A stretch of DNA of 64,000 bases from Marsupella aquatica (lineage: Eukaryota > Plantae > Marchantiophyta), in assembly GCA_973895155.1 (NCBI GenBank), contig OZ316893.1, forward strand, positions 19,906,857 through 19,970,856. Reading direction: 5' to 3'. Under the pieces are notes generated by a model. The model did not search any database, was not told the DNA's origin, and saw only the letters and a list, made by a program, of their open reading frames with translations. The stretch's first letter is position 1; the number at the start of each line of letters is the position of its first letter. Position numbers and translations under genes: made by a program. Of the stretch, positions 37,292 to 49,450 are shown piece after piece.

Positions 37292-40004
37292 TTAGTGAGT
37301 TTTGAGATGCCCTAATGAGTGAATATTGGAAAAGTCATGCTAAGGAAGAGTTAGTATCCAATCCATGCCAATAGCATAGAGATTCACATCAGAGAATTCT
37401 CCAGCCAGGTTGGCGAGGGGAATATCTTACTAATATATTGCAAAGACAAGCTAGAGTTGGGGTCTAGACTTCTAGAATGAAATCTGAGGAGGGAAATATC
37501 TTACTAATAAATGGCAAAGAGAAGCTAGTGGGGTCTAGGCTTCTAAAGTGAAGCCTCTGGCCCCACCAAGATTTTATGTGGATGGGAAGATGGTTGGAAT
37601 ATTATGTATGACAAAATATATAATATCATGTGTGATGATTTTTGTCATTATTTCTATTAACATTTAAATAATGCACCCTTACGCTTGTGAGTCGTAACCT
37701 TCCATGACAATATAGTCAAAGAAGATTAATGAAGAAGGTTTATGGCACTTACTTATAACAGAGGAGGTCAGCTCTACTTTAGTTCCCAAGGTTTTCGTTT
37801 TCTTCAATCTTCAAACTGCCTCTGACTAGGTAGGGCAACGGGCAGGAGTAAAAAGCCTGGTTTATATTTTATTTTTACAAGGACTCCAAGTGACTTTGAC
37901 ACATAACCCATTAACCCTGCCCAAGACTGTATGGAACCATACCCATCTTATATTCACGAGTCAAACCTTGAACAGAAGCGTCTACTTTAGATCTGTTGGT
38001 ACCAAGTCACCCTGGCCGCTTGTGCAGACCAGCAGGCCCCACTCAGGCGATTTCACTTGGGAAAGTTTATGCTTGTTAGATAGCCTTGTACTAATCTAAG
38101 GACTTTGATTAACATAATTTTTTTGACACCTAGATTTGATGCACATTATATAAAGTAGTCAGTAGGAATAAAAGGAACATTTGAAGATGATCCATGCAAG
38201 TTTAGATGAGTCGTCAGGGCATCTTTCCCACTTTAGTCTTTGTTGGGAAGTAGTGTAAGGTAGGGAAGGGGGGGGGGGGGGGGGGGGGGCATTCCAAAGG
38301 GTTATCTGTATTTGGGTGAGATAACACGATGAGGCTGATATAGGGTATGAGCCCATTGCCCATGTGTTGCACAATTGTCATGACAACCATTTCATTGTAA
38401 TAATCAATTTATCATTGTGACCAATTGTTGTAGCCATTTCATTCTTATGTCCATTGTGTTGTTTGTCAATGTCATTGCTGCAAAAAAAGATTTTAGAATT
38501 TAGCTTTAATGTAGCTTGGGAAAAATATTTCATACAAAAAGAATAGAAAAAAATGAGAAAATTTAGTTCTCCTCTTGATAGACTTTTAAATTCTTTTTCA
38601 CTCTTCTATATAGCATGTTCATCCTATAACATGCCTATTTTGACTTATCTGCCACTGTAATACCCTATGCCACCAAAAAGGTGTGATCTTCCATTTACAT
38701 ACTGATAACAAACAGAAAACAATCTTGACCCTTCATCAAAACATTGTTTTGTTTACACCATCAAAACTATCCATATACCCCATCTAAAATAAATGTCTGC
38801 CCCAGTTGCCCTTTAGCCTGCTTGCACGTGCCAGTGATAAAAAACTCATTAAATATATTTAAAATTAAATTTAAAATTTTGGAAAAAAAAACTTTGTGTG
38901 AAATTCCTGGGCGAGTTAAAGTTAATCGCAATTTTAAGTTTTTAGGGGCAAAATACAGGGTCAAACCCATTTTGAGTCCCCCCAACAACGTCGCGCCCTT
39001 CTCACCTCTAGTTAGGGTGAGGGGAGCCTGTGCATGAGCATTATTGCACAGGCCCAATGTTTCCCATTGCAACCCAGGAATAGGCTTTCCTCCATTAGCC
39101 TCCATCACTGTGCTGCTGATTGAGCTCCTTTATCAAGTTTCCCTCTACCATTGCTGCTGCACGGCTGGGCGCCATTGCTGCAAGTTGCTGGAACACAAGA
39201 GAAGGTGACATTGCTACGAGCACTGAGCTCAATCTGAGCATAGCACCTCGATGCAGTAATGCCACCTTCAATTTTCCGACCACTTTTCTATTAAATGGAC
39301 TCTACCAAAAGACAAAATATGTTTGGTGCTAAAAATTAGGAAAGTTGTTGATGTGGTTGGGGGGTCGGGGCGGGGAAGTGAATTAGGGTACGTGTAGGGT
39401 TCTTTTACAACTGCTCAATCCATTACAGCATTGTTGAGAGTAGCAAAGGTTAATAACCTGTTGATACTTTAACTCTAGCAAGTGGTTAAATAGGTTAACT
39501 GTCTAGGCATAACTTAACCATGGTTAAGTGCTGCTGAGGTTAAACTAGTGGAGAGAGCCTATACCTTGGAGGAACTTACACTTCATTGTGCTCACACTAG
39601 ATATCAATGGTCAAGAGTTGGAGAGTGAAGAGAGAAGAGTACTGTGTCATGGAGCTCAGTTTGTGACTTGCCATGAACTTTTCACAGAATTTTCACAGAA
39701 TTTCCAGAATTATAGGAGTCTCTAACTAGACCCGTAAAGACCTGTAACAATCTCATGGGCAATTACAAGATCAAACCTCTCAATATGCATTATGGACCAT
39801 TTAACCAAACTTCTATACACTTGAAGCCGAGCTTGAAGCCAGAAGAATCCATATTTAACATCCCTCTGCGGCCCTGCCTCCGTCCCCACATTATATGTAA
39901 AAACATTTGAACATATAATTGCCCCATGCACATAAAGGAAACCTATAGGAGGAGAACAATACACTTTTATTAGAGTTCTGAGTTGAAAAGAAGTTATGTA
40001 TAGA

Positions 40005-40510
40005 AGATAGCTGATGCTTGTGCGTTCACCAAAGGTGTTAAGATGAAAAAAGATGTTGAGGTGAAAAACATTGATGAGAGAAAAAATGCCAAGGTGAGGG
40101 AAAGAAGTCTAGGTGAGAAAAATATGTCAAGGAGAGAAAGTATGGTGAGGTGAGACAAAGATATAAATATGAGGGAAAGATGTTGACAAGAAAAAAGATG
40201 TCAAGATGAAAGAAAGGTGTCAAGGTGAGAAAATCTTCAGGAGAGAAAAAATGTTGAGGGTGAGAAACAAATGTTGTGGTGAGATAAAAAATGTCAATGA
40301 TTGTGAGAAAAAGATGATGAAATGAGGAAAAAATGTGAAGACAAGGAATAGATGTTGAGGATAGATAAATATTTCAAGATTTGAAAAATATGTCAAGGCA
40401 AGGCAAGTCAATAAGTAATACACCTTGCGGTGTAGTTGTCGAGGCCATATAGTTGTTGTCGTCATGTTTGATAACCCTTGCGTTGCACATAGAAATTGGA
40501 GACATGAGAT
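40005..40510 (-). mobile_element. Second, more degenerate copy of the Helitron-like minisatellite family seen at 9.0-9.8 kb
   Basis: Same gaaaaagatgtcaaggtgag repeats; shared tgcgttgcacatagaaattgg(g)agaca motif (9772 versus 40479). Confidence 0.6.
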
Positions 40511-40685
40511 AGCAACCACTACATCATAGAGTCAAAGCACAACTGAGTGACATGGAAAATAATGGTTTTTTCAAGTTTTAAATTTTTAGAGAATTATTTT
40601 ATGATGGTAAAATTTTCCGTATTGTAACGGGGCCAAAACCTGGGCCAGATTCCCAATGTTGATCTGCTTTCTGGAGTGTTACCTT

Positions 40686-41016
40686 TGTTGAGCATAGACG
40701 ACGATCGCAACGGCAAGCCCATGAACCATCCAACGCACAATAGTCGACACAAGAGATACGTGGTTCACCTCCTTGAGGCTACGTCCACGGGAACACACAA
40801 GAGAGCTTTACTGAACTCTAAGCCCGTCGGCTATACCGAGTCTCCACAGTGTAAGCTCTCCCTATCTCTCAAGTGGCTCCATAACAATGAGCCTTGGTTC
40901 TACCTCTCCAAGCACACATGCCTCTTATGATATAGTGTGCAACGTAGTTGTACCAACCCACGTTGTTGTACCAACCACGTCATACCTAACCTAGACGTAA
41001 GAGTAAATACCCAACA
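40686..41016 (-). repeat. 3' LTR (331 bp)
   Basis: tgttgagc...cccaaca; adjacent polypurine tract (aaggggaagat on minus) at 41017-41027. Confidence 0.95.
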
Positions 41017-41207
41017 ATCTTCCCCTTGACTCTGGTCTAGGGGAGAGTAATACTGCCAATGTATATGATCCCTCAGCGGGAAGTTCTGGACAGAAACCAA
41101 ACCGGTTTCCCTCTCTAACTAGAGCAAACCAGAACTAAGCCGTAGCCTAATACATAGGAATGAGGAAGAGCATATATCAGTAATTACAATGAATGTTTAA
41201 GAAAACT

Positions 41208-44200
41208 CTACTTGTGATGCAATTGCAAAACCTGCAATACGTCACGGTGTCTAGAGAAACTCTCCAAAGGAATCACTTTGGTAAATGCGTCAGCCGGGTT
41301 GAGTTTACCATCAATCTTGACTAGCTCAAACAAATTATCAGACACAGCCTGCCTGATAAAATGGTACCTGACGTCAATGTGCTTCACTCTGCTGTCCATC
41401 ACCTGGTTCACAGCAAGGTGGAGCGCACTTTGACTATCACAATGGAGCTTCACATTCCCCTGTGGCAATCCCATTTCAGTGATAAGTCTATCCAACCAAA
41501 TCGCTTCCTTTGCTGCTTCCGCAGCTGCAACATACTCCGCTTCTGTAGTAGACTGAGCAATACACTTCTGCAAAGTAGACCTCCAACTTATGCATCCACC
41601 GCCAAGTGTGAACACGTATCCTGTTGTTGATCTCCTTCGGTCCAAATCTTGTCCATAGTCAGAATCTACATAGCCAATCAATGATCTAGCATTCTTTGCA
41701 TTCGCATCAAATAAAAGACCATGATCCACGGTACCCTTCAAGTACCTGATAATCCACTTCACTGCTTCCCAGTGTACCTTCCCTGGATTCGACATGTACC
41801 TGCTCACCTTGCCCATAGCCATGGCAAGATCAGGTCTAGTGCAAGTCATCAAATACATGAGACTCCCCACTGCCTTGTCATATGGAACCTTTGACATCAA
41901 CCCCTTCTCTGTGTCATCCGTAGGACAGAACGCTGATGATAACTTGAAGTGTGGAGCCAACGGGGTACTTACTGGCTTGCTATTCTCCATGTTGAACCTT
42001 GCAATTACCTTCCTTGCATAACTGCTCTGCGTCAACCATAGCTTGCCAGCCTCCAAGTCCCTAGTGATCTCCATACCCAAAATCCTCTTAGCTGGCCCTA
42101 AGTCCTTCATCTTAAACTCTGCACTAAGCAGTGCCTTGAGCTTAACAATCTCAGACCTATCCTTGGCTGCAATTAGCATGTCATCCACATAAAGTACTAA
42201 AAATAATGAACCCAAAGACAACATTCTTCACCGGTTTCAAATACACACAAGGGTCAAATACACTTCTGTGAAAACCTTGTGACCGAATCCAATCGTCAAA
42301 CCGCTTGTTCCACTGTCTTGGTGACTGCTTCAACCCATACAAGGATTTCAGCAATCTGCAAACCAATTCCTCCTGTCCTCTCTTCACAAAACCTAGCGGT
42401 TGTCTCATGAAGATCACCTCTTCCAATGTGCCATAGAGGAAAGCTGTGACAACATCCATCTGATCTAGGAGCAGACCAAATATTACAACAAGTACACACA
42501 ATAGTCGTATTGTAGAGTACTTAGCAACTGGTGAGAAGACCTCATTGTAATCCACACCTTTCTCTTGTGTAAATCCCTTTGCTACCAATCTAGCCTTGTA
42601 GACCTTCGATCCACCTCCTATGGAATTATCCTTCAGCTTGTAAATCCACTTGCTGTCCACCACTTGCTGACCCTTAGGCAGCTTAACAAGCTCCCAAGTT
42701 TTGTTGTCCTTTAGTGACTGCATCTCCGTTTGCATTGTTGCAGTCCACTTCTGCTTCTCTTTTGAAGCACTTGCCTCATGAAATGAAGAAGGTTCTCCTT
42801 CTTCCAAAATTAACGCATCACCCTCATCATCAGCTGTAAAATCATCCTCTTGCAGTTGAGATGAATCAACCCACTGTCCATACCTTGATGGAGCGCGTAC
42901 AGTGCGACCAGATGTTCTTCTAGCCGATGACTCCGGTTGATCTGCGTGTGCTGGTACAATTTGAAGCTCAACAGCATCCACTTGCTGCTCACCAGCATCA
43001 ACAAACTCCTCTGGTTCCTCTGGCACAGGAACCAGCTCCATAATTGGAGCAACTCCTTCTCTCCGGTCATGCACCTCATAACCAATCTCCCCCTCAACGA
43101 GATCCGGGATAGGAGATTTTCCTTTGTCAGTACGGGAGACCTGAGTATTCTCCCCCTCCTTTAATAATCTGGATTCATTGAAGGAAACATCCCTACTGAC
43201 AACGAGCTTACAGGCAATAGGATCCCATAGCCTATAGGCTTTCACACCACTATGGTACCCAAGAAAAACACATTTCCTGGAGGTAGGATCCAACTTGGTC
43301 CTATTCTGCTTTGGTGTGAGAGCATATGCATCACTTCCAAAAATTACCAAGCCATGATAGTCTGCTTGCCGCTTATAGCGCATCTCAAACGGCGTTTTGA
43401 AATTGATAGCACTAGAAGGAGAAAGATTTACCAAATAAGCTGCGGTATTGACAACTTCTGCCCAAAATTCTTGTGGTAAACCTGATTGGCTCAACATACT
43501 CCGTGACCGCTCCAACAGTGTCCGATTGAGCCTCTCAGCGACACCATTCTGCTGCGGAGTATAAACTGTGGTGAGATGACGAGTTATCCCCTGTTCTGAA
43601 CAGTACTCTTCAAATTCCATTGAAGTGTACTCCCCGCCGTTGTCTGACCTCAGACTCTTCACCCTTGTATCCAAACACTTGATCGTGTTTCCAGTCTGAT
43701 TCTCCACCTGGGCCTTCCACTTCTTAAAAATGGACAAGACATCAGACTTATGCGTCATGAAATAAATCCACACAAATCTTGAGTAATCATCAATAAATGA
43801 TACATAGTACAACTTTCCAGAGTGTGAGGGAGTCGGGGATGGACCCCACACGTCACTATGTATGTACTCAAGAACCGCTTTGGAACGATGAGTTCCAACA
43901 CCAAAAGCACGACGATGCTGCTTTCCAAGAATGCAATGCTCACAAAACTCTAATTTACAAGATTGCAAATCAGAAATGAGTCCATTCTTCCGTAAGATAG
44001 CCAAACCCTTCTCACTCATGTGGCCTAGCCGTGAATGCCACAGTTGAGTCATCTCCTCATGAGACTTGGTTACATTGGCCTCTCCACATACAGTATTGCC
44101 CTGTAACACATACAAATTCTTTTGTCTACTCCCCTTCAAAATCACTGTCTCTCCCGACCTGACTTGAAGTTCACCATCAATAACGCTCCATTGATGACCA

Positions 44201-45338
44201 TTTGAATCCAACACACCGAGTGAAATCAGATTCTTACGCATGCCAGGTACATACCTGACTCCGGACACTGTGCGCACAGCGCCATCAAACATTTGAATCT
44301 TCACAGACCCAATTCCCTCAATTTGACAGGAGTGATCATTTCCCATCAGAACTGAACCGTTTGAAATAGAGTAAGAACTGAAAAACTCACGAATGTAACA
44401 AATATGAAAAGAGCAAGCACAATCAAGAATCCACACATCATCTGCTCTCCTAGATGACGTGCACAGGGCATACCCCCGGCTTCATAAAACATACTCATCA
44501 TTGAGTAAATCAGCTTCTCCATCAGCCCTAGCCACATTTGCCGATGAAGTTTCCGCTGCCTTTCCCTTACAGTCTCGCTTGAAGTGTCCAACTTGGTTGC
44601 ACTTCCAACATGTCACCTGCCTCCTCTGAGGGGATTTACCCTTGGACTTAGATCTGGATTTAGATCTAAACTGGGTTCTACGGTCCCCAGTTGGTCGCTG
44701 CATACTCCTCCCACGGTTAACATTGAGGGCAGCACCAGATGATGAAGGCTGTGACGTGATGTGCATCTTCTGCTGAAGATCATCACTAAGCAGAGAACTT
44801 ATCACGTCATTGTATGAAATGGTATCCCTATCACGATGCAACAACACTCGTGATAGGGACTGGTAAGATGGAGGCAATGAACTAAGAAGCTGCAGAGCCT
44901 TCGTCTCATCATTCAAAGTCTCCCCAAGGTTTTCCAAGTCAACGACCATGTCGTTGAAAGCATCCACATGGTCTTGCAACTTCGTACCAGATTCCTTCAT
45001 CCTGAAACTCATGAGTTTGTAGGAAGTGTAGAGCCGGTTTGACAACTCCTTGCTGTGATACTTGCTCTGCAATTCTGCAAACAAGGACATGCAATCCTTA
45101 TGTGCACCCAACTGCTTGATGATGGGAGGCATGAGATAGAGTGTAACACACCACACTCCCTGCTCCTGCATGCGGTCCCATTGTTTCTCATCAACATCGT
45201 CTTACGAGGGCTCAGCAGTTGGCCCATCCCTGACGCATAGAGCACTCCCTTCACCTGCTTCTCCCATAGCAAGTAGTCAGAGCGCCCATCATACTTTGTC
45301 ACTTCATACTTGGGTCCCCCAAGCTTGAAAGTCCCCAT
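41208..45338 (-). pseudogene. Copia gag-pol polyprotein, disrupted
   Basis: Gag start MGTFKLGG at 45338; zinc knuckle CWKCNQVGHFKRDC; protease WILDCACSFH; integrase LWHSRLGH, IHSDVWGP, LRSDNGGEY, PQQNGVAER; RT KARLVAKG, LKSLYGLKQSPRQW, YVDDML; RNase H CDSQSA, KHIDVRYHF. Frameshifts near 45203 and 42200; in-frame TGA at 44482-44484. Confidence 0.92.
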
Positions 45339-45758
45339 CTTCTTCTTTGGCACTACCGTGAGCTCCGGTAGTAGTACTGCTTCCTCCACCACACGCCGCA
45401 CCGGTGATGGTATCGGTGTCACATGCTCTTCCTCTTTGCATCAAAGAGCCAATCCCGGACTCAAAACAATCGTCTTGCCTCAATCTCTCCGTTGAGTCAA
45501 AACACTTGACGCTTCTCCCTCCGAGTCGATTGCCAACTTTCTTCACAAAATCCAGAACGACGAAAACTTAGATCTCTCTGCACCACGAGCTCCGTTCAGC
45601 GATTTCTTCACACCGTTAGAAAGCTCTTGCCCCGATCTATCCGTTGAGCCCATAAACTCCAAGTTCCATGCGACGGAACTCCAGGAAATCCACCGACACT
45701 CAACGCTGGAAAAACCGTAATGAAATCCCGTCACGAACACACGTCACCTCCCAAGCAT

Positions 45759-45770
45759 GCTCTGATACCA
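45759..45770 (-). promoter_or_regulatory. Primer-binding site complementary to initiator Met tRNA
   Basis: Minus strand TGGTATCAGAGC, 2 nt after the 5' LTR. Confidence 0.92.
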
Positions 45771-45772
45771 AT

Positions 45773-46157
45773 TGTTGAGCATAGACGACGATCGCAACGG
45801 CAAGCCCATGAACCATCCAACGCACAATAGTCGACACAAGAGATACGTGGTTCACCTCCTTGAGGCTACGTCCACGGGAACACACAAGAGAGCTTTACTG
45901 AACTCTAAGCCCGTCGGCTATACCGAGTCTCCACAGTGTAAGCTCTCCCTATCTCTCAAGTGGCTCCATAACAATGAGCCTTGGTTCTACCTCTCCAAGC
46001 ACACATGCCTCTTATGATATAGTGTGCAACGTAGTTGTACCTAACCACATAGTTGTACCTAATCACGTAGTTGTACCTAACCACGTAGTTGTACCAACCC
46101 ACGTTGTTGTACCAACCACGTCATACCTAACCTAGACGTAAGAGTAAATACCCAACA
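45773..46157 (-). repeat. 5' LTR (385 bp)
   Basis: Identical by eye to the 3' LTR except for three extra 18-bp units (cgtagttgtacctaacca). Confidence 0.95.
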
Positions 46158-47559
46158 ACCTTAAACTCTCCCAAAGTTGCCTGTAACAATTAGTTTAGCA
46201 AATAAGTAGGTGAGTTTAGGCAATGGAGTTTAGCAGTGAAACAACTGTGGTTAACAGCTCCCACAAATGGAGCTCAGCATCTTGACCCACATACTGGTTG
46301 CATATCAAGAAAAGTGCTGCTCTCACAGCCTTCAAAAACACTAGGTTATATCTGGAGTTCCATTGATCAAGGCTCTAAAATTACATAATTGTACACACAT
46401 ATAGCTTTACATATCCATTAAAGAGTACACAGCTGTAAGGTGATTCATAAATTTTAGAGATACTCTACTATACATACGCACAACATGTTTTAGATGGCCT
46501 TAGAACTACCGCAAACATGTATCTTTTGGGTTTTGAAGTGCAAAGTTGATTATTCACATAATCACTGCAAGTATTACCTCGCACAACCCTCGGGGGCCTC
46601 AATCCAAGGGGTGTCTCATATCACGCTCGAAGTTTTGGAAGAATAAACACCCTAAAAGTTAAGTCAATAAAGTTTTTTTAGGAATTTTTTACCCTTAACT
46701 TAATGGAATATTCCAAGAATATTCCCATATTTGATTTTAAAAAACCCTATGATTATTATAATTCTCAAAATTGGATTAAAATAACCCTAATGTTCTTCAA
46801 CAAAAATTTAAAAGTATTTCACTAAACCCAATAAAAAAACCCTATACTTATTCATGCGTGATGGGTCGGAAGAAAAGAAGTGAGGACCCCGGGGCACAAC
46901 CTAATCCTTGCTCAGACCTTGTCCAGAATTAGTGGGAGAATTAGCCCATGATAAACAAATGTAATTTATGGCTTAATTTGAGCATGTGTCACAATAGAAA
47001 ATAGGTGTATTTGTAACAAGTGAGGGGTCTATATTATTTTAAGACAATTACTTGTAAATCTACCTTCTATACATAAAGTGTTCAAAACTTTACAGTTGTG
47101 TAACTCATGTCCATATATTCCCATAGCACTTGGACTGAATCTTCCATGTTGGGGTTTGTTACTTGGGGGTCGTAAGTTCACGGGGTGTCAAAATATAACA
47201 ACTTCTTTGCAAGTTGGGAATCACAACAATTTGAGATCTACCTATCTGCCTATCTATACTAATAATTCACAATAGAAGTCTAGGGTTCATGGTCTGCTCG
47301 TAGAGTGAAGTCATAGATCATAAAATGTTTGGTATGTGAGTAAGTATGGGCATATGACATATGGGTCACGCAGCCCAGCTCGCAGCCCTTCCTGTGCAGA
47401 GGCACCAGTACTCTGGCTAGTTGGATAGTACAATTGGTGCTTGATAACACTTGGATGAACATCTTCACAAGCTATGAGATAGAGATAGAATGGATCTAGT
47501 CTTCCCGGAACTCTGCATTTGAAATTGATGGGAGTAAAATACAATTAATAACTAGAATT

Positions 47560-49450
47560 AATGGCAAAACAAAACTGGCATACTTGAGAATAATATAGAC
47601 AAGATTAAGGATTATGGGAGAAACAAAGACATTTTATTGTGCAAGTGAGACAAAGCAAATTTTGAATTAGAAAACACTATCCACTTGTTTAAATTACATT
47701 TACTTGCATCCGAATTGGTGAATATGACAAGGAAGTGAACATTGAATTGTAGTTGACAGTAAAAACAAAGCAACTATAGTCAACAGAAGAGTATCAGGTA
47801 ATGGTGATGAAAATGTCTTGGATTTATGGGAGCATTGAGGGATTAATCTGGGGATTAATGGTCACCAAAATTGTAGGTTAAAGGGGCAGCGATGGAAGGA
47901 GAGAATAGTGGATGAAGATTACCAGTGAGAACAATGGAACAAGGATCAATCCTGGGAAATTTTGACATCATTGCACAATATAGGTGTGGAGTCATTGGAG
48001 AGAAAGAATGTTTGAGGGTACTAGAACGATTCAAATAGTGGAAAAAACAAGAATGAGGTGTTCTAATCGTAAACATTAATTGCAGCAAGATTTACAAGTG
48101 TTGTAAGTGTGGACGAGGAAAAGATTGTTGAAGGATACACATGGTATAGAGCAAAAGTTTCTTGGAGGATAGTTGGTGTAATGCTTTGTATTGACAGGAG
48201 TAGGGAGCTAAGAAAAGCATGAAGGAAGCGTTGGGAAATTAATAGCGCAGAAAAAAAATCAATTTCCTAATTTAGTGATGAAAAACATGGAGGAAATGCA
48301 AATCTGGTGGAAATTTGGCATACTGTAGGGGAGAAAGGTATTGGAGAATTTGGAGAGGAGATATTTGCTTCATGGTACACAGCCAAGCTCTGAAGAGTAT
48401 CTTTGAGGAGTATTATTGGAAAAGACATGAGAGGAGATCGAGTAAACAGGATCCAATACTTAGAATCAGAATTCTACTAATAGGGCAGGGTGGTTTTGAG
48501 GCCAACGAAAAACAAGGAAGAGGTAAGCAATACAACAAAAAAATCACAGCCTAGTATTATAATTGACAGCTCATAGACATTGAGGAGAATGCAATCTGTA
48601 GTAAACATTGTGGTGAATAAATGAGGAACCACAATTGGTTCTGAACAAGTAGGACAAGTACTACACCATGAACTAGGTTACTAACAATGGAAGAGAGCAT
48701 AATGGCAAGGAGATTAGAAAGATCAAGACAAGAGGGAGAAGATGAGTGGTAAATACAAACCAAGGTATTATTCTACAAGAAAAGAAGAACTGTAAACACT
48801 TTATTTGACCTGAGGGTAGCAAGTGTATGCGTGAATACTTAGTGTGACACATGGGGGAGGCAATATTGATGAATCACAAAGAAAATAGAAGGAGGCAATG
48901 TCAATAGCAGTACAGCAATATTAAGCAGCTTACAAAGACATCATGTGACAGACAAATACGCAAGTTTTTGGAGGAATTTCATTGGACATGGTGTACTGAA
49001 GGGGGATCTTCAGAGTGCATGTACAAAATGCAACTAAGGATGAGGATGAAACTTATACAATCACCTATGACACGATTGAGAAAATCTGATGTAGAGATGA
49101 GGATTTATTCATGAAACATGGGCAGTGATATTTTCATCTCCAGACTATCTAGTGTAGACTATTTCTCTCCAAGTAACAAGTAGTCACATTGGGTTACCAA
49201 GTAGTTGGGGGGCAGATGTTACTTGACGCTTTTAACAAAAGAATGAAACTATAAGGAGAAATTCACTAAATGCAACAAAAGGAAAGAATATGATTGGCAA
49301 TGACAGCATATAGAAGCCAACTTAGTACAACTGAGTGCATCTCTAGCACAATCTATATTCCAGCAGGTAGAGAGGCAAAAGATGAGGTACAAGTATAAGC
49401 AATCCACAATGAACAACAAAGAGGAGAGAGCACTTATCTTATACAAAATA
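47560..49450 (+). mobile_element. Highly degenerate LINE (L1-like) ORF2 remnant
   Basis: Purine-rich sense strand with decayed traces of endonuclease/RT-adjacent motifs in the expected order (ETK ~47648, LERF ~48020, SNR for SDH ~48062, TKYY-like ~48760); many stops and no long ORF. Confidence 0.4.

Larger units (their letters stand above)
40686..46157 (-). mobile_element. Full-length Ty1/copia LTR retrotransposon, recent insertion
   Basis: TG...CA LTRs at 45773-46157 (5') and 40686-41016 (3'); 5-bp TSD ACCTT (40681-40685, 46158-46162); iMet PBS; PPT; domain order gag-PR-IN-RT-RH. Confidence 0.97.

Noticed and set aside
38226-38289. Long poly-G tract (also at ~16279) as G-quadruplex elements
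   Set aside because: Simple homopolymers of uncertain length with no supporting context
40676-40930. Same 81-84 aa ORF present twice (also 45772-46017)
   Set aside because: Incidental antisense ORF within the two LTRs
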